A DNA stretch of 43,686 nt, from positions 1-43,686 of the forward strand of contig JAUIBB010000002.1 of NCBI GenBank assembly GCA_030427685.1, in the 5' to 3' direction. The translations under genes and the position numbers were made by a program. This stretch comes from Alphaproteobacteria bacterium (GTDB lineage: Bacteria > Pseudomonadota > Alphaproteobacteria > Rickettsiales > UBA3002). Position 1 is the stretch's first letter, and each line of letters begins with the position of its first letter. Under the pieces are notes generated by a model. That model was not told where the DNA came from. It worked only from the letters and a program-made list of their open reading frames with translations, and made no database searches. Below are positions 38,589 to 43,686 of this stretch, in pieces.

Positions 38589-39173
38589 ATGGCTCTGTCG
38601 TTTAGAGAACGCATACGGCATTTCCACAAACATTCCGACAAATCTGACCTTTGCCACGCGCTTTATGCGCAGGTTGCCACAGAATATGTGATGTCTCCTG
38701 CGGATCAGGAAGATGCGATCCAGACGTTTGCCCGGCAAAACGAAAACGCCTATTCTGAGCTTTATACCAATATGGAGGCGCTGGAGAAAAAGCTGGATTT
38801 AGCAAGCAGCCATCCTTTGTCTGTGGCGCTTATGGAGATCGTGAAATTTGCCGTAGATCTTAACAAAAAATTATACCCAACACTCGAAGCCTCGCAAGCT
38901 GCGGCGTATCCGGCCTCATTGCCACGTGAGGCATTAGACGAAATACACGCACATAGTGATGCATTGCTTCGGCCAATTGCAGAAGAGGTATGCACGATTC
39001 AAGAGCGTTGCTACCATTCTATCGGCAAATCGTTTGAAAAGTCGCATGATGAACTTGTCGATCAATATGTGACCTACATGAATGAGCAAATTGCCAATAA
39101 GGCGAAGCTCTATCTGCACCGGGAACAGCATGACCAGGCAGAAGGCCAAAAACCAAGTGGCAAGGGTCGATAA
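38589..39173 (+). CDS. Hypothetical protein (predicted all-helical ORFan, lower G+C than neighbours)
   Basis: 194 aa with no signal peptide or TM segment. I recognise no motif. By eye it is richer in A/T than lysC and ptsP. Confidence 0.45.
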   Translation: MALSFRERIRHFHKHSDKSDLCHALYAQVATEYVMSPADQEDAIQTFARQNENAYSELYTNMEALEKKLDLASSHPLSVALMEIVKFAVDLNKKLYPTLEASQAAAYPASLPREALDEIHAHSDALLRPIAEEVCTIQERCYHSIGKSFEKSHDELVDQYVTYMNEQIANKAKLYLHREQHDQAEGQKPSGKGR

Positions 39174-39261
39174 AACGGCCATTAATTTTTGCACTGCAGC
39201 AACGAATTTCGATTTCACTATTGGTAATGCTACTCAACCAGTGGTATAGTTTGTCGCGGTA

Positions 39262-41580
39262 ATGGCAATATACGAAAAACACATGGCAAGTATTATCCCA
39301 ATCGACCCGGCCAGCTCATCGCTGCAATCACCGATTGCACTGCTGCGTGAGGTACGGGATGTAATGACAACCGGGCCCGGCACGGCGCAGGCGCGGCTGG
39401 ATTTGTTGGTGCAGACCATCGCTACTACACTGAGTGCGGATGTTTGCTCGATTTACCTTGCCCGTCCCGGTGATATTCTGGAGCTCTATGCCAGCCACGG
39501 GCTGAAGGCATCGGCCGTGCATGTCACGCGGTTGCGCGTTGGCGAGGGGCTGGTGGGCGAGGTCGCCGCTACGGGGCTGGATCTCAACCTGACCGAGCCG
39601 CAGGAGCACCCGAAATATGTCTACCGTCCTGAGACGGGGGAGGAGCTCTACCACTCGTTTATTGCGGTGCCATTACTGCATAGCCATAAGACGGTGGGTG
39701 TGCTGGTGGTGCAAAGTAAGGCGAGCCGGGTCTATGCGAATGACCTTGCCGAGGTGCTCCACGCCGTTGCGATGGTGGTGTCTGAGCTGGTAATCGGTAG
39801 CCGCATTGTCGATCTGTTCGACATCACCGGTGGCGAGCACCCGATGCTGCAATCGCAGCAGCTTTCGGGCCAGACCCTCTCCGGAGGCATTGCGAAAGCG
39901 CCCGTGGTGCTGCACCGCCCTAAAATTGATATTACCGACCTGGTGAGTGAGTCGCCGGAGGAAGAAGAAATCCGCTTCCACGAGGCGCTGTTATCGCTTC
40001 AGCGCTCGGTGGACACGCTGATTACCGAAGCCGGGCTGGAAGAAGGTTCTGCCCATCGCGAGATTTTAGAAAGCTACCGCCTGTTTTCGCAGGATCGCGG
40101 CTGGATCGACCGGATTATCGAGGCGATCCATACCGGCCTCACGGCGGAAGCTGCCGTGCGCAAAGTGCAGGAAGAAATGCATGCGCGTCTCAGCCAGATC
40201 ACCAGCGCCTATATTCAGGAGCGGGTGCACGATCTGGAAGACCTGTCAGAGCGCCTACTTTACCACCTGCAAGGGATGGAGCCAACGGCAGCGCTTGGGG
40301 TGCTGCCGGAATCCTTTATCCTGGTCGCCAATAGCCTCGGGCCTGCCGAGCTTCTGGAGTATGATGCCAAAGGGCTCAGCGGTGTTATCCTTGCCGAGGG
40401 AACGCATACCAGCCATGTCGCGATCATCGCGCGGATGATGGATATCCCGATGGTGGGGCGGGTCGAGCCGATCCTCAGCGTGGTATCGCCGGGGGATCTG
40501 GCCATTGTGCAGGGCGATCAGGGGCTGATTTACATTCGTCCCCCCGAAGATGTCGAGGCGGCGGCAGATGCAGAGATCGCAGCGCGTGCACGGCAGGTGG
40601 CGGTGTATGCGGCAAGCCGTGCGTTGCCACCGGAGACCAAAGATGGCGAGCGTATTTCGTTGAACCTCAATCTCGGGCTGTTCGTGCATGCCGAGCATCT
40701 TGCCGCGGCAGATGTTGATGGGGTTGGGCTGTTTCGTACCGAGCTTCCCTATCTGGCCAGCCGTGAGCTTCCCAGCGTCTCGGATCAGCAGCGTATTTAC
40801 CGCGATGCGATCGAGAAAGCGCGTGGCAAGCGCGTGGTGTTCCGGTCGTTCGATATTGGGGGCGATAAACAGGTTCCCTATATTCAGGTGGGGCAGGAGG
40901 AAAATCCGGCGCTGGGCTGGCGCGCTACCCGTATTGCGCTTGATCGTCCGGTCATTCTGCGCCAGCAATTGCGTGCCATGGTGCGCGCAGCGGCGGGTGA
41001 GAAACTCTCGGTTATGTTCCCCTTCATTGCCGAGATTGCCGAGTTTGATGCGATGAAGGCCTTGCTGCTGAAAGAGCTGGGCAAAGCGCGCGATGAGGGC
41101 ATTACTCCGCCAACAGAAGTGCGGGTGGGCACGATGCTGGAGATTCCTTCGCTATTATTCCAGTTGCCCGAGCTGATGAGCCGGGTGGACTTTATCTCCA
41201 TTGGCAGCAACGACCTGTTCCAGTTTCTCTTTGCCTGCGACCGGGGGAGTCCACGCGTGGGCGGACGCTACGATGTGCTCAACCCCATCGTGATGCGCAC
41301 GGTCAAGACTATTGCCGATGCCGCACGTGACTATAAGGTGGATCTTGGCTTCTGCGGCGATATGGCGACGCGTCCGCTGGAGGCAATGGCGCTGCTTGCC
41401 TGCGGTATTCGCTCGCTGTCGATGCCGCCATCGGCCATTGGCCCGGTGAAGGCGATGCTGCGGACGTTGAACGTGCGTGATCTTGCCACCTATCTCGACT
41501 ATGTCTGCACCGAGCCGGTGCATTCCATCCGCCTTCCGCTGGAACGGTTCGCCAAGGACCATGGGGTGGAAGTGGGGTAG
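39262..41580 (+). CDS. ptsP: Phosphoenolpyruvate--protein phosphotransferase PtsP (EI-Ntr) with N-terminal GAF domain
   Basis: The GAF region is ADVCSIYLARPGDILELYASHGL. The phospho-His context is GTHTSHVAIIARMMDIPMV. PEP-binding segments are FRTELPY and SIGSNDLFQF. The start is 39262 or 39283. Confidence 0.93.
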   Translation: MAIYEKHMASIIPIDPASSSLQSPIALLREVRDVMTTGPGTAQARLDLLVQTIATTLSADVCSIYLARPGDILELYASHGLKASAVHVTRLRVGEGLVGEVAATGLDLNLTEPQEHPKYVYRPETGEELYHSFIAVPLLHSHKTVGVLVVQSKASRVYANDLAEVLHAVAMVVSELVIGSRIVDLFDITGGEHPMLQSQQLSGQTLSGGIAKAPVVLHRPKIDITDLVSESPEEEEIRFHEALLSLQRSVDTLITEAGLEEGSAHREILESYRLFSQDRGWIDRIIEAIHTGLTAEAAVRKVQEEMHARLSQITSAYIQERVHDLEDLSERLLYHLQGMEPTAALGVLPESFILVANSLGPAELLEYDAKGLSGVILAEGTHTSHVAIIARMMDIPMVGRVEPILSVVSPGDLAIVQGDQGLIYIRPPEDVEAAADAEIAARARQVAVYAASRALPPETKDGERISLNLNLGLFVHAEHLAAADVDGVGLFRTELPYLASRELPSVSDQQRIYRDAIEKARGKRVVFRSFDIGGDKQVPYIQVGQEENPALGWRATRIALDRPVILRQQLRAMVRAAAGEKLSVMFPFIAEIAEFDAMKALLLKELGKARDEGITPPTEVRVGTMLEIPSLLFQLPELMSRVDFISIGSNDLFQFLFACDRGSPRVGGRYDVLNPIVMRTVKTIADAARDYKVDLGFCGDMATRPLEAMALLACGIRSLSMPPSAIGPVKAMLRTLNVRDLATYLDYVCTEPVHSIRLPLERFAKDHGVEVG

Positions 41581-41688
41581 CCTGTCGCCGTTGCAGCGCT
41601 GCCGATGCGCTGTCGATCAATGGCGATAATCGTGCCTAGGATGGTTCTACCTATTGCACAACGCCCTTAGGTTGATTACACCAATAGT

Positions 41689-42420
41689 ATGAGCAAACCC
41701 CCATCCCCACTGCGTATTCCCGAGACGATGGGGCCGTCTGAGATCGGCCCTTATTTTCGGGAGCTGCGTGAATATTTCAAGCTGAGTCCGCAAGGTGTTT
41801 CCGAGCGGCTGCATATCCGCGTGCGCTATGTCAACGCCATGGAAGAGGGGAACTTCGAGCAGATGCCGGGCAAGGTGTATGCGCGCGGCTATATCCACAC
41901 TTATGCAGAGTTTCTGGGGCTGGATGCCGATCAGGTGGTTGCGCAATGCTTCCCCGAGCTTCCGATGAATCATCTGGCGGCGCAAACGGCTTCGTTCACC
42001 CCGGCGCCACGTGTGCCGCATGCAGCGCCGCACGCGTCGGGGAAGCGTTGGTGGATGCTGGGTGGGTTGGTGCTGGTTGCGTATGTGCTCTACACGCAGG
42101 TTGCTGCGCCGCCATCGGGGTCTGATACGTCGAACGTCGCCGAGGTGCCGGAATCCATGCTGGCAGACATCCGCGATACGGTGATGCCGCGTGCACGCAA
42201 CTATGCCTGCCTGACGGGGGGAGAGCATCTCACCTGCATGATGGAGACGGAGAGTTTCCGGCACCTGATGGATCTATCCCAGTCGCCATCGCTGGCAATG
42301 TATTTCACCGAAGCGATCGACCTCTCGAATGCCGTGCGTGCGGTGCCGCCGGCACCGGCTCCGGCCTATCGCATTCCTCAGGCAGTGCAGCTGGAGCAGG
42401 AAAGTTTCGATCATGAATAA
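41689..42420 (+). CDS. RodZ-like helix-turn-helix membrane protein
   Basis: The N-terminal HTH is [61 protein letters not shown]. It has a single TM segment, [15 protein letters not shown], and sits upstream of ispG. Confidence 0.75.
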   Translation: MSKPPSPLRIPETMGPSEIGPYFRELREYFKLSPQGVSERLHIRVRYVNAMEEGNFEQMPGKVYARGYIHTYAEFLGLDADQVVAQCFPELPMNHLAAQTASFTPAPRVPHAAPHASGKRWWMLGGLVLVAYVLYTQVAAPPSGSDTSNVAEVPESMLADIRDTVMPRARNYACLTGGEHLTCMMETESFRHLMDLSQSPSLAMYFTEAIDLSNAVRAVPPAPAPAYRIPQAVQLEQESFDHE

Positions 42421-43636
42421 GCGCCGCTCGACATCGCAGGTGATGGTGGGATCGATCGCGGTGGGCGGCGGCGCGCCGATTGTGGTGCAGTCCATGACCA
42501 ATACCGATACAGCAGATGTCGCAGCCACGGTTGCGCAGGTGCGTGCATTGGCCGAGGCGGGATCCGAGGTGGTGCGCATTACCGTCAATAACGAGGCATC
42601 AGCGAAGGCCGTTCCTGCGATTCATGAAAAGCTATTGGCCAGCGGCCCAGCTGTTCCGCTGGTGGGCGATTTTCATTATAACGGCCATCGGCTGCTTACC
42701 AATTTTCCGGAGATGGCGCAGGCATTGGCGAAATACCGCATCAACCCCGGCAATGTCGGGTTCGGTAGCAAGCAGGATACGCAGTTCGCGCAGATGGTCG
42801 AGATTGCCGCCACCCATCACAAACCGATTCGCATAGGCGTGAATTGGGGGTCGATGGATGCCGGGCTGCTTGCCAGCATGATGGATAAAAATGCTGCCCT
42901 GGCACAACCCAAAGAGGCCGATGAAGTGGCGCGGGAAGCGCTGGTGGTTTCTGCCTTGCAGAGTGCCGCACAGGCCGAGGCGGTGGGGCTGGCTGCTGAC
43001 GCGATCATCCTGTCTGCGAAGGTCAGCCGGGTACAGGATCTGATTTCTGTGTATCGGGCGTTGGCTTCGCGCTGCTCATACCCGCTGCACCTTGGTTTGA
43101 CCGAGGCAGGCATGGGCAGCAAGGGGATTGTGGCATCAAGTGCTGCCTTGGCCGTGCTGTTGCAGGAGGGAATCGGGGATACCATTCGGATCTCGCTGAC
43201 TCCAGAGCCGGGCGGCGATCGCACACGCGAGGTGCTGGTTGCGCAGGAGTTGCTCCAGACCATGGGGCTGCGTAACTTTGCACCGCTCGTGATTGCCTGT
43301 CCCGGATGCGGACGTACCACCAGCACGTATTTTCAGGAGCTCGCTGCCGAGATTCAGGACTATCTGCGCGCCCGGATGCCCCATTGGGCGCAGGAGTTCG
43401 CCGGCGCCGAGGCGATGCATGTGGCGGTGATGGGCTGTATCGTCAACGGGCCTGGCGAAAGCAAACATGCGAATATCGGTATTAGCCTGCCGGGCACGGG
43501 TGAGTCACCGGTCGCGCCGGTGTTTGAAGATGGGGTAAAGGTGGCCACGTTGCGTGGCGATAGCATCGCTGCGGAGTTCAAGGCACGGCTTGAGGCCTAT
43601 GTGGCACGGCGCTACGCAAAAACGGCAGCGGCGTAA
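42413..43636 (+). CDS. ispG: 4-hydroxy-3-methylbut-2-en-1-yl diphosphate synthase
   Basis: The ATG at 42413 gives [33 protein letters not shown]. The Fe-S Cys contexts are IACPGCGRT and GCIVNGPGE. It overlaps the upstream stop by 8 nt. Confidence 0.95.
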   Translation: MNKRRSTSQVMVGSIAVGGGAPIVVQSMTNTDTADVAATVAQVRALAEAGSEVVRITVNNEASAKAVPAIHEKLLASGPAVPLVGDFHYNGHRLLTNFPEMAQALAKYRINPGNVGFGSKQDTQFAQMVEIAATHHKPIRIGVNWGSMDAGLLASMMDKNAALAQPKEADEVAREALVVSALQSAAQAEAVGLAADAIILSAKVSRVQDLISVYRALASRCSYPLHLGLTEAGMGSKGIVASSAALAVLLQEGIGDTIRISLTPEPGGDRTREVLVAQELLQTMGLRNFAPLVIACPGCGRTTSTYFQELAAEIQDYLRARMPHWAQEFAGAEAMHVAVMGCIVNGPGESKHANIGISLPGTGESPVAPVFEDGVKVATLRGDSIAAEFKARLEAYVARRYAKTAAA

Positions 43637-43686
43637 CAGTATGTATTTTAGGGCTTGCCTAATGCCGCCCAAGCCAGTAGACCATT

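Overview
The window looks like a gene-dense, mostly housekeeping chromosomal segment from an alphaproteobacterium with a G+C content that looks, from hand counts of a few lines only, to be in the high-50s percent. The taxon call rests on a DivL-type kinase with Tyr in the H-box, lysC near ptsP, the secA/PPIase/argJ/mutT cluster, and RodZ-like/ispG. I call about 44 protein genes and one tRNA-Gly(CCC). The protein genes include divL (5'-truncated), purU, yggT, gltA, mutY, thiC, mscL, a fadA/fadN-like/acyl-CoA dehydrogenase beta-oxidation operon, rnd, aspS, secA, argJ, mutT, comF, a nitrilase-family hydrolase, ubiG, rimI, lysC, ptsP and ispG. I found no rRNA, CRISPR array, transposase, integrase, prophage or recognisable defence/toxin module. 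I also cannot point to a coherent multi-gene novel system. What stands out is a set of separate single-gene or sub-gene anomalies: (1) a 548-aa His-rich, Gly/Asn/Tyr low-complexity ORFan with a possible peptidoglycan-binding module. (2) A markedly AT-rich ORFan joined to the thiC stop codon. (3) An orphan, very divergent flagellin-like gene with no other flagellar genes in 43 kb. (4) A TPR-methyltransferase gene whose conserved C-terminus lies in the -1 frame, so it is frameshifted, a pseudogene or recoded. (5) A Cys-rich secreted mini-protein precisely coupled inside the beta-oxidation operon. (6) A 47-aa Lys/Ala/Pro-rich basic tail on citrate synthase. (7) A 326-nt non-coding stretch downstream of gltA that ends in a terminator-like hairpin directly in front of the next start codon. 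All functional calls come from reading the translations by eye; no database search was run.
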